Origin: an uncultured Flavobacteriaceae bacterium
Lineage (GTDB): Bacteria > Pseudomonadota > Alphaproteobacteria > Micropepsales > Micropepsaceae
Direction: 5' to 3'
Assembly (NCBI GenBank): GCA_964561925.1
Contig: CAZLRW010000002.1
Coordinates: 7,882 to 71,881, forward strand
DNA: 64,000 nt
Position 1 is the first letter of the stretch. Every line of letters starts with the position of its first letter. Position numbers and translations under genes: made by a program. This document shows, in pieces, positions 39,086 to 49,924 of this stretch. The notes under the pieces were generated by a model, which saw nothing but the letters and a program-made list of their open reading frames with translations, was not told the origin of the DNA and searched no databases.

Positions 39086-39499
39086 ATGCCTGAAGCCCGT
39101 TCCGGCGGGCGGCCCCGGCCGCGTTCGCCCCACATTCAGATCTATCGCTGGCCGATCACGATGGGGACTTCCATCCTGCATCGGATCACGGGGGTGGGGC
39201 TCGCGTTCGGGACGTTCATCCTGCTTTGGTGGCTGGTCGCGGCAGCGCTGGGGCCGGAGCCTTACGCGGTGTTCGCGGCGAGTGCTTCGCACTGGTTCGG
39301 GCGGCTCGTGCTCTTCGGTTTCACGCTTGCGCTCGTCTATCACGCGCTGAACGGCGTCAGGCACTTGTTCTGGGATCTGGGAGCCGGCTTCAAACTCGAG
39401 ACCGCGAACGCCACGGGGCTTGTCGTCTACGGTCTCACGCTTGCGATCACGTTTCTTGTCTGGGTCGTCGCGTACAGTTCCATGGGGGCCTGGCAATGA
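39086..39499 (+). CDS. sdhC: Succinate dehydrogenase cytochrome b556 subunit
   Basis: 137 aa, SPHIQIYRWPITMGTSILHRITGV. Confidence 0.92.
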   Translation: MPEARSGGRPRPRSPHIQIYRWPITMGTSILHRITGVGLAFGTFILLWWLVAAALGPEPYAVFAASASHWFGRLVLFGFTLALVYHALNGVRHLFWDLGAGFKLETANATGLVVYGLTLAITFLVWVVAYSSMGAWQ

Positions 39500-39870
39500 G
39501 CATTCAAACGCCCTTGGGCCGCGTGCGCGGGCTTGGTTCCGCGAAGTCGGGCGTCGCACATTTTTGGCACCAGCGGTTGTCTGCGGCGGCATTGGTGCCG
39601 CTCACAATCTGGTTCGTGTGGTCGGTCGCGCGTTACGCCGGCGCGCCTTATGCCGAGGTGGTCGCGTTTTTTCACAATCCGTTCAATGCGGCGGCGATGC
39701 TGCTGTTCGTGTTGGGAGGGCTCTATCACATGGTGCTCGGGCTGCAGGTCGTGGTCGAAGACTACATTCGCCGCGAGACGACCAGGCTCGGCCTTCTGAT
39801 TCTCATCAACTTCGCTGCGTTCGCGGCCGGCGTGACTGCGGTCATTGCCGTGCTGCGGCTTGCGGTTTAG
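39496..39870 (+). CDS. sdhD: Succinate dehydrogenase hydrophobic membrane anchor
   Basis: [30 protein letters not shown].... ATGA overlap with sdhC. Confidence 0.9.
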   Translation: MSIQTPLGRVRGLGSAKSGVAHFWHQRLSAAALVPLTIWFVWSVARYAGAPYAEVVAFFHNPFNAAAMLLFVLGGLYHMVLGLQVVVEDYIRRETTRLGLLILINFAAFAAGVTAVIAVLRLAV

Positions 39871-39880
39871 GAGCCGCGTC

Positions 39881-41668
39881 ATGGCCGCTTATCCGATCAC
39901 CGATCATACGTTCGACGTCGTCGTCGTGGGCGCGGGCGGCGCGGGCTTGCGCGCGACGCTCGAGGCGGCACGGCATGGGTTGAAGGTCGCCAACATCACG
40001 AAGGTGTTCCCGACGCGCAGCCACACGGTCGCCGCGCAAGGCGGCATCTCGGCCGCGCTTGGCAACATGGAGCCCGACGACTGGCGCTGGCATATGTACG
40101 ACACGGTGAAGGGGTCGGACTGGCTCGGCGACCAGGACGCGATCGAGTATCTGTGCCGGCACGCGCCGGAAGCGGTCTATGAGCTCGAGCATTTCGGCGT
40201 GCCGTTTAGCCGTACGGAAGAAGGCAAGATCTATCAGCGCGCCTTCGGCGGCATGACGAAGGACTACGGCAAGTCGTCGATCCAACGTACGGCGGCCGCC
40301 GCCGACCGCACGGGGCACGCGATCCTGCATACGCTCTATGGGCAGAGCCTGCGCTATGATGCCGAGTTCTTCATCGAGTACTTCGCACTCGACCTCATCA
40401 TGGAAGACGGCCGCTGCCGCGGGTTGATGGCGTGGTCGCTCGACGACGGGTCCATCCACCGCTTCCGCGCGAACAAGGTGATCTTGGCGACGGGCGGTTA
40501 CGGGCGGGCCTATTACACCTGCACCGGCGCGCACACACAGACGGGCGACGGCAACGCGATGGTGCTGCGCGCGGGGCTGCCGCTGCAAGACATGGAGTTC
40601 GTCCAGTTCCATCCGACCGGCGTCTACGGCGCGGGCGTGCTGATCACCGAGGGTGTGCGGGGTGAGGGCGGGTATCTGACGAACGCGAACGGCGAGCGCT
40701 TCATGGAACGCTACGCGCCGAGCGTGAAGGACCTTGCGTCGCGCGACGTCGTCAGCCGCGCCATGACGATCGAGATTCGCGAGGGGCGCGGGGTCGGTCC
40801 CCACAAGGACCACATTCACCTGCACCTCAGCCATCTCGATCCGAAGATCATTCACGAACGGCTGCCGGGCATTTCCGAATCTGCGCGCATCTTTGCCGGC
40901 GTCGACGTGACGAAGCAGCCGATCCCGGTGCTTCCGACCGTGCACTACAACATGGGCGGCATCCCCACGAACTATCACGGCGAGGTCGTGACGCTGAAGG
41001 ACGGCAATCCGGACGCGGTCGTGCCGGGCTTGATGGCGATCGGCGAGGCGGCGTGCGTCTCGGTGCACGGCGCCAATCGGTTGGGTTCGAACTCGTTGAT
41101 CGATCTTGTCGTGTTCGGAAAGGCCGCGGGCCTGAAGTGCGCCGCCGACGTGAAGCCCGGCGAACGGCAGGCGGAGTTCGCCAAGGGTGCGGGCGATCAT
41201 GCGCTGGCGCGGCTCGATCGGTTCCGCAACGCGAAGGGCGGCGCGCCGGCGTCGCAGCTCAGGTTGCGCATGCAGCGCGCGATGCAAAGCCACTGTCCGG
41301 TGTTCCGCGTCGGGTCGGAACTCAAGAAGGGCGTCGATGCGGTGGCGCAGATTTACAAAGAGTTGCCGAACATCGACGTGAAAGACCGATCGATGATCTG
41401 GAACAGCGATCTCGTCGAGACGCTGGAGTTCGACAATCTGATCGCCCAAGCGGCGGTGACGGTCGAGGGCGCCTATGCGCGCGAGGAAAGCCGCGGCGGT
41501 CATGCGCGCGAAGACTTCCCGAACCGCGACGATCAGAAGTGGATGAAGCACACGCTGTCGTGGTTCGATGCGAAGACCGGCGCCGTGAAGCTCGACTACC
41601 GGCCGGTGCACACTTTCACGCTGTCGAACGACGTCGAGTACATCGCGCCGAAGGCGCGCGTGTATTGA
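39881..41668 (+). CDS. sdhA: Succinate dehydrogenase flavoprotein subunit
   Basis: [24 protein letters not shown] and [11 protein letters not shown]. Start at the 13th codon of ORF 39845..41668. Confidence 0.96.
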   Translation: MAAYPITDHTFDVVVVGAGGAGLRATLEAARHGLKVANITKVFPTRSHTVAAQGGISAALGNMEPDDWRWHMYDTVKGSDWLGDQDAIEYLCRHAPEAVYELEHFGVPFSRTEEGKIYQRAFGGMTKDYGKSSIQRTAAAADRTGHAILHTLYGQSLRYDAEFFIEYFALDLIMEDGRCRGLMAWSLDDGSIHRFRANKVILATGGYGRAYYTCTGAHTQTGDGNAMVLRAGLPLQDMEFVQFHPTGVYGAGVLITEGVRGEGGYLTNANGERFMERYAPSVKDLASRDVVSRAMTIEIREGRGVGPHKDHIHLHLSHLDPKIIHERLPGISESARIFAGVDVTKQPIPVLPTVHYNMGGIPTNYHGEVVTLKDGNPDAVVPGLMAIGEAACVSVHGANRLGSNSLIDLVVFGKAAGLKCAADVKPGERQAEFAKGAGDHALARLDRFRNAKGGAPASQLRLRMQRAMQSHCPVFRVGSELKKGVDAVAQIYKELPNIDVKDRSMIWNSDLVETLEFDNLIAQAAVTVEGAYAREESRGGHAREDFPNRDDQKWMKHTLSWFDAKTGAVKLDYRPVHTFTLSNDVEYIAPKARVY

Positions 41669-41672
41669 TCCG

Positions 41673-42458
41673 TTGCGGGTCCTGATCACCGGCGGCTCGG
41701 AGGGAATCGGCCTTGCGCTCGCGCATCAGGCGGTCGCTGCGGGTGCCGCGGTGGAACTTTGGGCGCGGCGGGGCGAGAAGCTTGCTGCGGCGGCGGATGC
41801 CCTGAACGCCCGGCGCGCGTCGTCGGCGACGGTTCGTGCGGTCGACGTCAGCCGGCCCGAGGACGTTCGCGCGGCGGCCGGCGCCTACCTCGCAGGCGGC
41901 GCGCCCGACCGGGTGTTTCATTGCGCGGGCTTTGCCGTTGCGGCCTTTCTCGACGACATCGCCGACCGCGATGTCGAGCAGCTGTTCGCCGTCAACGCTG
42001 CGGGAGCCATTCACGTCGCGCGGGCCTTCGCGCCGGTGATGGCGGCGCGCGGGGCGGGGGCGATCGTTCTCACGGCTTCGGATTTGGGCTTCATCGGCTT
42101 GTTCGGCTGGTCGGTCTATGCGGCGACGAAGCATGCGGTCGTGGGATTCGCCTCGTCGTTGCGCAACGAACTGAAGCCGTTCGGCGTGTCGGTGCAGGCG
42201 CTGTGCCCGCCCGCGACGCAGACGCCGGGCTTCGATCGCGAGAACGAAACGAAGCCCGCCTCTGTGCGCAAGGCCGAAGAGGCAGGCGGGGTGATGCGCG
42301 CTGAGGACGTGGCCGCCTATGCTTGGCGGCGCTGCGGGCGGGGCGGGCTCTACCTCATTCCGAACCGGACGTCGCGGTTGCTGTTTGCGCTTTCGCGCGT
42401 GTCGACGGGGTTGGCGCACGCGTTGGTTCCTGCGCCCGGCCCCGGACAGGCGCGCTGA
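41673..42458 (+). CDS. Short-chain dehydrogenase/reductase (SDR)
   Basis: 261 aa with a TTG start 5 nt after the sdhA stop. ITGGSEGIG and YAATKHA. Confidence 0.8.
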   Translation: MRVLITGGSEGIGLALAHQAVAAGAAVELWARRGEKLAAAADALNARRASSATVRAVDVSRPEDVRAAAGAYLAGGAPDRVFHCAGFAVAAFLDDIADRDVEQLFAVNAAGAIHVARAFAPVMAARGAGAIVLTASDLGFIGLFGWSVYAATKHAVVGFASSLRNELKPFGVSVQALCPPATQTPGFDRENETKPASVRKAEEAGGVMRAEDVAAYAWRRCGRGGLYLIPNRTSRLLFALSRVSTGLAHALVPAPGPGQAR

Positions 42459-42552
42459 CGGCGGCGTGACGGGCGCTACAGCCGGCCGCCACAATCGCGC
42501 CCCAGGTCGCCGCCCATAGTCGGCGGACTCAAGCGTTGGAGGGCTTCCCGCG

Positions 42553-43914
42553 ATGGCCATTCTTCCCGATTCGGTGGCGCGTTCGCCCGGGCTCAAATTT
42601 CTGCTTGTCGGACTGATCACGCTTGCGATGGCGGTGCCGTTGTTCTTCGTGTTCATCGCGCTGATGGACCGGCAGGAATATGCGCGGACCGCTATCGCCG
42701 ATATCGCGCGCGGATGGGGCGGTTCGCAAACGGTCGGCGGACCCGTGCTTGCGGTGCCTTATGTCGTCGCCGAAAGCCATCGTGCCGCCGACGGGACGGT
42801 AACGACCACCGACGTGCGGCGTGTGGCGATCTTCCTGCCGAAGTCGCTGAGGGCACAGGCCACGACGAAGACCGAAACGCGCTCGCGCGGGATCTTCGAT
42901 GCGAACGTCTACACGGCCGAGGTGGTTTTGAGCGGCGCGTTCGCCACGCCGGACTTTGCGGACGCGGGTTTCGCCGCGAAGTCGATCGCGTGGGATCAGG
43001 CGGTGTTGCTCGTCACCGTGTCGGATTTGCAGGGCTTGGCCGAGAACGTGTCGGTCGCATGGGGACCGGCGCAGACGCCGGTCGCGTTCCGCCCCGGGCT
43101 GATCGCGGAGCTCGGCGGCTATCCCGGGATCAATGCGCGCGTGCGGATGACGGGCGAGCCGGGCGACACGGCGTTTTCGATCGCGCTGAAACTGCGCGGC
43201 ACGAGCGATCTGCAGTTCACGGCGGCCGGCGAAATCACCGAGGCCGCGGTCGCGGGCGACTGGCCGCATCCGAGCTTCCAAGGGAACTTCCTGCCCACCG
43301 CACGCGAGATCACGACCGCGGGCTTCAGCGCATCGTGGAAAGTGCCGCATCTTGCGCGGAACCTGCCGCAGGCTTCGCCCGTGCCGGACAATCTGTTCGC
43401 GGGGTTGAGCGGGGCCAGCTTCGGCGTGTCGTTCTATCAGCCGGTCAATTTCTATCAGCTGGTCGAGCGGGCGTTGAAATACGCGGTCATGTTCGTCGGC
43501 TTCGCGTTTCTTGCGTTCTTCTTGATCGAGACGCTGTCGGGGTCGCGCATTCACGGCGTCCAGTATCTTCTGATCGGCGGCGCGCAGGTCGTGTTCTACC
43601 TCCTGCTGCTTTCGCTTGCGGAGCAGATCGGATTCGACTTCGCGTACGGGTGCGCGGCGGCGGCGACGGTGGTGCTGGTCGCGCTCTATGCGTGGTCGGC
43701 CCTCAAGAGTTCGTCTTTGGCCATGACGGTGTTCGGCGTGCTTGCGGTTCTCTATGCGCTGTTGTTCCTGCTGTTGAAACAGGAAGACTATGCGCTTGTG
43801 ATCGGCGCGTGCGCCGCCTTCGCCGCGATCGCGGTCACGATGTTTGCGACGCGCAACGTCGATTGGTACCGGACGGGCGAGAAGGCGCGCGTCGGGTTCG
43901 GCACGCGCAATTGA
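42553..43914 (+). CDS. creD: CreD-family inner membrane protein
   Basis: 453 aa. N-terminal TM segment, a large soluble region, and a C-terminal TM cluster. WGGSQTVGGPVLAVPY is typical of CreD. Confidence 0.8.
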   Translation: MAILPDSVARSPGLKFLLVGLITLAMAVPLFFVFIALMDRQEYARTAIADIARGWGGSQTVGGPVLAVPYVVAESHRAADGTVTTTDVRRVAIFLPKSLRAQATTKTETRSRGIFDANVYTAEVVLSGAFATPDFADAGFAAKSIAWDQAVLLVTVSDLQGLAENVSVAWGPAQTPVAFRPGLIAELGGYPGINARVRMTGEPGDTAFSIALKLRGTSDLQFTAAGEITEAAVAGDWPHPSFQGNFLPTAREITTAGFSASWKVPHLARNLPQASPVPDNLFAGLSGASFGVSFYQPVNFYQLVERALKYAVMFVGFAFLAFFLIETLSGSRIHGVQYLLIGGAQVVFYLLLLSLAEQIGFDFAYGCAAAATVVLVALYAWSALKSSSLAMTVFGVLAVLYALLFLLLKQEDYALVIGACAAFAAIAVTMFATRNVDWYRTGEKARVGFGTRN

Positions 43915-43918
43915 CGCG

Positions 43919-46648
43919 TCAGCGCAAGGCCGCGGCGAGATCGGCGCCGTGGGCCTTGCGCCAGGAGACGCAGCGATCGACCGTTTCCAGTGTGTTCGCG
44001 AACACCCGCGGGGCGCCGGGGATTTCGGCCAGCATCGGTTTGAAGAACCACTCGATCTCGGCCTTCGACGAACTGCCGCACAGGAGTTCCGTCAGGCGGA
44101 TAAAGCGCGCGCGGCCGTCCTTCGGCACGCGGGCGGCGAGCCGCTTGAAGTCGTCGCGCAGCCACGTCCACGCGCGGGCGCGCCGCTCGTCGTCGGCGAA
44201 GACCTCGCGCATGTAGGTGCGCAGCATCTCGCGCGCGGTCAGGGCGCCCGAGCCGACGAACTCTTCGATCTCCTTGATCGCCTGCGGGTCGCGCGCGGCG
44301 ACAAGGGCGCGAACGGCCGCGGTCCGGAAGTCGGCATCGCTCGAGCCTTTGATCGCGGTCATCGCGTCGCGGGCGACCGGTCCGCCGCCGGTGAAGACCG
44401 CCGCCCAAAGCGCCACGGGAATCAACTCCGGCGTCATCGATGCGGGTGTCTCGCCGCGCGCGAGGGCGCGCAGGCGGGCGGCGCCTGCCGCGGCGAGCGG
44501 CGAGAGCGTGGCCGGGTCGCGCGCGACCTTGACCATGATCTCGGCCAATTCGGCGCGTGCGAGCGCGCTCGCGGGCGGCTCGCGCCGTCCAGGTTCGAGG
44601 CCCATACGCGTCATCGCGGGCGCGAACCACGCGCGCGTTCTCTGCTCGAAGCGCGGGAGGTCGGCGCGGGCGAGCAGATTGCCGCGGATCTCGGCTAAGA
44701 ATTCGCGCGTCAGTTCGAGCACATCCCATGGCGCGCTGCCCGAGACCGACTGAATCGCCCCAAGGTAAATCGCGGCGTCGGCATCGCCGGCACGGAACGC
44801 CGCGCGCAGGCTGTGCAACGTCGCGAGTTGTTCGGCGGGCGTCATCTTAGGGGTGAGCGTCGCGAACGCCTGCCATGCGTCGCGCGGCATCGAGAAGCGG
44901 TAGTAGCCGGCGCCGTCCGCGTTCGGGAAGATCGCGGCGCCGCATTGGTTCGCGAGCGTCACGGTGGTGCTTTTGCCGGTCATGAGCGTACAGGAGGCCG
45001 GGCGCGCGCGGTTCATGTCGCGCATGCAAACCGGTATCTGCCAGAGCCGCTTGTCGTCGGCGTTTTCAGCGCCGTAAGGCGATTGCGTCAGCTCGACGGA
45101 GAGGTCGCGCCCGGCGCAAGCGGCCTTCACATGGACCAGCGGGACACCGGGCTGATTCAAGAACGACGAGAAGGCGGGTACGATCTCCGGCCGGGCGGAG
45201 CCTTGTGCGAGCGATTCCATGAAGTCGCGCGCGTCGGCGACGCCGTGCGGGAAGCGGCGCATATGGGTGCGCACGCCTTCGCGAAACGCATCGGGCCCCA
45301 AGAACGATTCGAACATCGCCAGCACCCCGCCGCCTTTGTCGTAGGTGAGGCCGTCGAAGGCGTTGACGATGTCGTCGTTCGAGGCGATCGGCTGGCGGAT
45401 CGCGCGGGCGGAGGCGAGCGAGTCGGTGTCCATGACGGCGAGCGCGTCGCGCACGGTCTCGCGCGCGAAGTCGCCGTCCGGCCAGACCGCCGCGGACGCC
45501 TTGTTGCCCATCCAGGTCGCGAACGATTCGTTCAGCCAGATGTCGTCCCACCATTTCGGCGTGACGAGGTCGCCGAACCATTGGTGCGCCAGTTCGTGCG
45601 CGTGGAGAAGCGTGAAGTAGCGCTTTTGCTGAACGGCCGAGGCGTCGTCCAACAAGATGCCGCGCTCGGTGTAGGTGATGGCGCCGGCGTTCTCCATGCC
45701 GCCGGCGCTGAAGTTCGGCGGGGCGATCAGATCGAGCTTCGGATAGGGATAGGGGGCGGCGAAGTACTCTTCGAGATAGCGCAGCTGCGGCGGCGTCTGC
45801 ACCAACGCGAAGCGCGTGCGTTCGCCTTTGCCGGCGACGGCAATGCCGCGCAGCGGGATGGGCGCCTGGCGCAGGCGCGACGGCGGGATCGTCGGCCCCT
45901 CCTCCACGTCGTAGGGGCCGACCGCGAAGGCAATCAAGTACGTGGGCAACGGCTCGGTTGTCGCGAACGTGATTTTCTTCAGCCCGCCGGCGGCCGTCGC
46001 CTCGTTCACCGGCGGGGTGTTCGTAACGACCGTGTCGGCGGTGCGGGCGGTCACCGTGATGTCGTAGGGCGTCTTGAAGCGCGGTTCGTCAAAGGACGGA
46101 AATGCGCGGCGGGCGGAGATCGATTCAAACTGGGTCCAGATATAGGGTTCGCCGCTGTCGGTTTGGACGGTGAGCGCGTCGGGCGCCTTCTCGAACGTCG
46201 TGCTGAACGGCAGGCGCAATGTCGCCATGCCGGCCGGGAGTTCGTCGTCGAATGTGAGGCGGGCGACGCCGCTTTCGTGGACCTGGGCATATGTGCCGTT
46301 GACCGACTTGCCGCCCGCGAGGCGTGCCGTCACAGGTTCGACGTCGAGTTCGTTGCCGTGCAGATAAACCGTGCGCGCCGGGCTTTTGAGTTCGACCTCG
46401 ATTTCCACGACGCCGCTGTAGCGCGGTTCGGTCGGGACAAGCGTCAGGTCGAGGCGATAGCGGCGCGGCGTGACCGACGTCGGCAGTTGACCTAAGGGTG
46501 CGTTCGGATCGGCGACCGCTACGGACTTGGTGCCGTTTTGCTGCGGCGACTGCGCATCGCCGCACGCCGCTACGGCGGCGGCGAGACAGAGAGCGGCGAG
46601 CGGAGCGAGGATGCGCATGCGGGACCTTCGTGCGACGGCACGCGACAT
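43919..46648 (-). CDS. M1-family aminopeptidase (aminopeptidase N-like), lipoprotein
   Basis: GMENAG and HELAHQWFGDLV...WLNESFA. Lipobox AAVAAC. Start at the 26th codon of ORF 43919..46723 (alternative 46618). Confidence 0.88.
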   Translation of the reverse strand: MSRAVARRSRMRILAPLAALCLAAAVAACGDAQSPQQNGTKSVAVADPNAPLGQLPTSVTPRRYRLDLTLVPTEPRYSGVVEIEVELKSPARTVYLHGNELDVEPVTARLAGGKSVNGTYAQVHESGVARLTFDDELPAGMATLRLPFSTTFEKAPDALTVQTDSGEPYIWTQFESISARRAFPSFDEPRFKTPYDITVTARTADTVVTNTPPVNEATAAGGLKKITFATTEPLPTYLIAFAVGPYDVEEGPTIPPSRLRQAPIPLRGIAVAGKGERTRFALVQTPPQLRYLEEYFAAPYPYPKLDLIAPPNFSAGGMENAGAITYTERGILLDDASAVQQKRYFTLLHAHELAHQWFGDLVTPKWWDDIWLNESFATWMGNKASAAVWPDGDFARETVRDALAVMDTDSLASARAIRQPIASNDDIVNAFDGLTYDKGGGVLAMFESFLGPDAFREGVRTHMRRFPHGVADARDFMESLAQGSARPEIVPAFSSFLNQPGVPLVHVKAACAGRDLSVELTQSPYGAENADDKRLWQIPVCMRDMNRARPASCTLMTGKSTTVTLANQCGAAIFPNADGAGYYRFSMPRDAWQAFATLTPKMTPAEQLATLHSLRAAFRAGDADAAIYLGAIQSVSGSAPWDVLELTREFLAEIRGNLLARADLPRFEQRTRAWFAPAMTRMGLEPGRREPPASALARAELAEIMVKVARDPATLSPLAAAGAARLRALARGETPASMTPELIPVALWAAVFTGGGPVARDAMTAIKGSSDADFRTAAVRALVAARDPQAIKEIEEFVGSGALTAREMLRTYMREVFADDERRARAWTWLRDDFKRLAARVPKDGRARFIRLTELLCGSSSKAEIEWFFKPMLAEIPGAPRVFANTLETVDRCVSWRKAHGADLAAALR

Positions 46649-46751
46649 TAAGGGACGCTTTCGGGTTTGTGTACCGGGTGGACGGATGGGGGCGGGCGGG
46701 CTACATCCCTGAGGAAGCGTCATTACGTCCCAGATTCTCCTAAGGTCCTCG

Positions 46752-47531
46752 ATGGTTCAGCTTACTCTGCCGAAGAACAGCAAGGTCAAGACCGGCAAGA
46801 CCTGGCCTGCCCAGCAGGCTGCCGCGAACACCAAGACGTTCAAGGTCTATCGCTGGGACCCGGAGGACGGGCAAAACCCCCGGCTCGACACCTATACCGT
46901 CGATATCGACAATTGCGGTCCGATGATCTTGGACGCGCTCATCAAGATCAAGAACGAGATCGATCCGACGCTGACGTTCCGCCGCTCTTGCCGGGAGGGC
47001 GTATGCGGGTCGTGCGCCATGAACATCGACGGTTCGAACACGCTGGCCTGCACGAAGGCGATCGCGGATATCAAAGGACCGGTCGCGGTCTATCCTCTGC
47101 CGGCGATGGACGTGGTCAAAGATCTCGTGCCGGACATGACGCATCTCTATGCGCAGTACGCCTCGATCGAGCCGTGGCTGCATACGAAGACGCCGACGCC
47201 GGAGAAGGAATGGCGCCAATCGCCCGAGGACCGGCAGAAGCTGGACGGGCTCTACGAGTGCATCCTGTGCGCATGTTGCTCCACGTCGTGTCCCAGCTAT
47301 TGGTGGAACCAGGACCGGTATCTGGGGCCTGCGGTGTTGCTGCAGGCTTATCGCTGGCTTGCCGACAGCCGCGACGAGGCGAAGGGCGAGCGGCTCGACA
47401 ATCTCGAAGATCCGTTCCGGCTCTATCGCTGCCACACGATCATGAACTGCGCGAGCGCGTGCCCGAAGGGATTGAACCCCGCGCAGGCGATCGGCGAAAT
47501 CAAGCAGATGATGGTCAAGCGATCGATCTGA
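46752..47531 (+). CDS. sdhB: Succinate dehydrogenase iron-sulfur subunit
   Basis: 259 aa with Fe-S motifs [23 protein letters not shown] and [12 protein letters not shown]. Confidence 0.96.
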   Translation: MVQLTLPKNSKVKTGKTWPAQQAAANTKTFKVYRWDPEDGQNPRLDTYTVDIDNCGPMILDALIKIKNEIDPTLTFRRSCREGVCGSCAMNIDGSNTLACTKAIADIKGPVAVYPLPAMDVVKDLVPDMTHLYAQYASIEPWLHTKTPTPEKEWRQSPEDRQKLDGLYECILCACCSTSCPSYWWNQDRYLGPAVLLQAYRWLADSRDEAKGERLDNLEDPFRLYRCHTIMNCASACPKGLNPAQAIGEIKQMMVKRSI

Positions 47532-47534
47532 GCC

Positions 47535-48665
47535 ATGGGGCCCGTCCGCTACGAGATCGAGTACCGGGCGGCGCGGGCTCAGTTTCTGCTGCGGGCGCGC
47601 AAGCTCGGCGCCGCGCTGGAGCGGTACGAGAACACAGCGGCGCGCGGACCGTTCGGCGAAGCGCTGGTTACGGACGTTGCTTGGCTTGGCCCTCAGGACG
47701 CGCGTTGCGTGTTCTTGTGCACGTCGGGCATGCACGGGCTTGAGGGTTCGGCCGGATCGGCGGCGCAGTCGGCGTGGCTCGAGGCGGCGCCGGTCCTTCC
47801 CGAGGGTGTTGCGGTCTGCCTCGTGCATGCGCTGAACGCCTGGGGATTTGCGCACATCGCGCGCTGCACCGAGAACAACGTCGATCTCAATCGCAACTTC
47901 ATGGATTTCGGGAAGGCGCTGCCGCTCAATCCCTACTACGGCCATGTGCGCGACGTGATCCGGCTGCCGCGCGTGAGCGCGGACCAGTTGCCGTTCCTGA
48001 TGTCGGAGCACCAGCGGCTTGTCGCCGAGCTTGGTCCTGCGGCGATGGCTTACGCCGTCAATGCGGGCCAGTACGAGGATGCGGAAGGCCTTGCCTATGG
48101 CGGGGCCGGGCCCGAGTTCGGGTACCGCGTGGTGCGGGATCACGTGTTGCCGAAGCTCGGGCGGGCCGAGAGAGTCGGGCTCATCGATTGGCATACCGGC
48201 GTCGGCGCGTTCGGCGAGGTTGCGTTTCTGCCGACGGACCGCGAGGGCAGCGCCGCTTGGACGCGTGCGGCAGCGTGGTGGGGGCGTGAGCGCGTCAGAG
48301 GTTGGAAACGATCCTCAGCTGAGGCCGCGATCGAGGCGGACGAGGCGGAGAGCGGGCTGACCGTGCACAAAGACGGGCAGTTGCGCTTCGCGCTGCAACG
48401 CTGGCTGCCGTCGGCCGAGGTGACGGGTGCCGTCATCGAATTCGGCACGGAGCGCGAGGGCGACATGCTGAAGCTCGTGTTGATGACGGTGTACGAGCGG
48501 TGGCTGCGCTTCGTCGATCGCGGCGAGCGGCATGGCCCGCAACACGCACAGCATCTGGCGCTCGCGCTGTCTTGCTTTGCACCGGACGATGCCGATTGGC
48601 GGGCGTTGGTGTTGCGCGAAGGGCCGCGGCTGATGAACCAGGCGATCGAAGGATTGGCGGCTTAA
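47535..48665 (+). CDS. DUF2817-like (M14 carboxypeptidase / succinylglutamate desuccinylase-like) protein
   Basis: 376 aa, ...FLCTSGMHGLEGSAGSAAQ...HALNAWGFAH..R.TENNVDLNRNF.... Family assignment is from memory. Confidence 0.65.
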   Translation: MGPVRYEIEYRAARAQFLLRARKLGAALERYENTAARGPFGEALVTDVAWLGPQDARCVFLCTSGMHGLEGSAGSAAQSAWLEAAPVLPEGVAVCLVHALNAWGFAHIARCTENNVDLNRNFMDFGKALPLNPYYGHVRDVIRLPRVSADQLPFLMSEHQRLVAELGPAAMAYAVNAGQYEDAEGLAYGGAGPEFGYRVVRDHVLPKLGRAERVGLIDWHTGVGAFGEVAFLPTDREGSAAWTRAAAWWGRERVRGWKRSSAEAAIEADEAESGLTVHKDGQLRFALQRWLPSAEVTGAVIEFGTEREGDMLKLVLMTVYERWLRFVDRGERHGPQHAQHLALALSCFAPDDADWRALVLREGPRLMNQAIEGLAA

Positions 48666-49924
48666 CGGCTTTCGCGAACGACGTCGACCATGGCGGTGGC
48701 GAGCGCAACAAGGTCGGCGTCGCCGATCGCGAGCGGCGGTGTCGTGTAGACAATATTCGCGAACGGACGGATCCACACGCCCTTGTCGACGAAGCGGCGG
48801 CGCAGATCGTTGCGGTCGAGCGTCTCCAACTCGATGACGCCGATCGCGCCCTTTACGCGCACGTCGCGCACGCCGGGCAGGCCGCGCGCGGGTTCGAGAC
48901 CGCGCTTGAGCGCCTGCTCGATACGCGCCGCGTCGGCAATGCGCGGTTCCTTCTCGAAGAGATCGAGCGAGGCGTTCGCCGCTGCGCAGGCGAGCGCGTT
49001 GCCCATGTAGGTCGGCCCGTGCATCAGCGCCGCCGCGGGGTCGTCGGAAAGGAAGCCTTCGAAGATGCGCTCGCTTGCGACCGTTGCGGCGAGCGGCAGC
49101 GTGCCGCCGGTCAAGGCTTTGCCGAGACAGACGATGTCGGGCACGACGCCCGCCTGACCCATCGCGAACATCGTTCCGGTGCGCGCGAAGCCGGTGAAGA
49201 TCTCGTCGAGGATGAGGATCATGCCGTGGCGGCGCGCCGCGTCGGCGATGCGGCGCAGCGTTTCGGGGGAATGGAACTTCATGCCCGCCGCCCCTTGCAC
49301 CAGCGGTTCGACGATCACGGCTGCGATGTCGCGCGCATAACGGCCGAGCGTTTGGTCGAGTGCGTCCGTCTTCGCGGCGTCGGTCGGCAAGTCGACGACA
49401 AACTGCTCGCTCAGCGCGCCTTTGAACAGCGCGTGCATGCCTTCGTCGGGGTCGCAGATCGCCATCGTCGCGAACGTGTCGCCGTGATAGCCGCCCTTGA
49501 AGCTCAAGATTTTCGTCCGGCCGCGTTCGCCGCGATTTATCCAGAACTGCATCGCCATCTTGAGCGCGACTTCGACGGCGACGGAACCCGAGTCGGAAAA
49601 GAACACGCGGTTCAAATCGCCGGGCAGCAGGCGCGCGAGACGGCTGGCGAGCGTGTAAGCCTGCTCGTGCGCGAGGCCGCCCAGCATGACGTGGGGCAGG
49701 GTTTCGAGCTGGCGCGCGACCGTTTCGCGGATGTGCGAATGATTGTAGCCGTGCGCGACGGTCCACCACGACGCGACGCCGTCAATGAGTTCGCGCCCGT
49801 CCGCGAGTTTCAGCCGTGCGCCCTGTGCGCCGACGACGGCGAGCGGCGCCGGTGCCGTCTTCATCTGCGCATAGGGCAGCCAGATGTGCGGCCGACCGTC
49901 GGCGAGCCAAGCGGGCGTGCTCAA
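48662..49924 (-). CDS. bioA: Adenosylmethionine-8-amino-7-oxononanoate aminotransferase
   Basis: HIWLPYAQM..., [13 protein letters not shown] and [11 protein letters not shown]. The only start upstream of the conserved N-terminus is TTG 49924, which overlaps the bioB stop. The rest of ORF 48662..50308 lies inside bioB. Confidence 0.88.
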   Translation of the reverse strand: MSTPAWLADGRPHIWLPYAQMKTAPAPLAVVGAQGARLKLADGRELIDGVASWWTVAHGYNHSHIRETVARQLETLPHVMLGGLAHEQAYTLASRLARLLPGDLNRVFFSDSGSVAVEVALKMAMQFWINRGERGRTKILSFKGGYHGDTFATMAICDPDEGMHALFKGALSEQFVVDLPTDAAKTDALDQTLGRYARDIAAVIVEPLVQGAAGMKFHSPETLRRIADAARRHGMILILDEIFTGFARTGTMFAMGQAGVVPDIVCLGKALTGGTLPLAATVASERIFEGFLSDDPAAALMHGPTYMGNALACAAANASLDLFEKEPRIADAARIEQALKRGLEPARGLPGVRDVRVKGAIGVIELETLDRNDLRRRFVDKGVWIRPFANIVYTTPPLAIGDADLVALATAMVDVVRESR

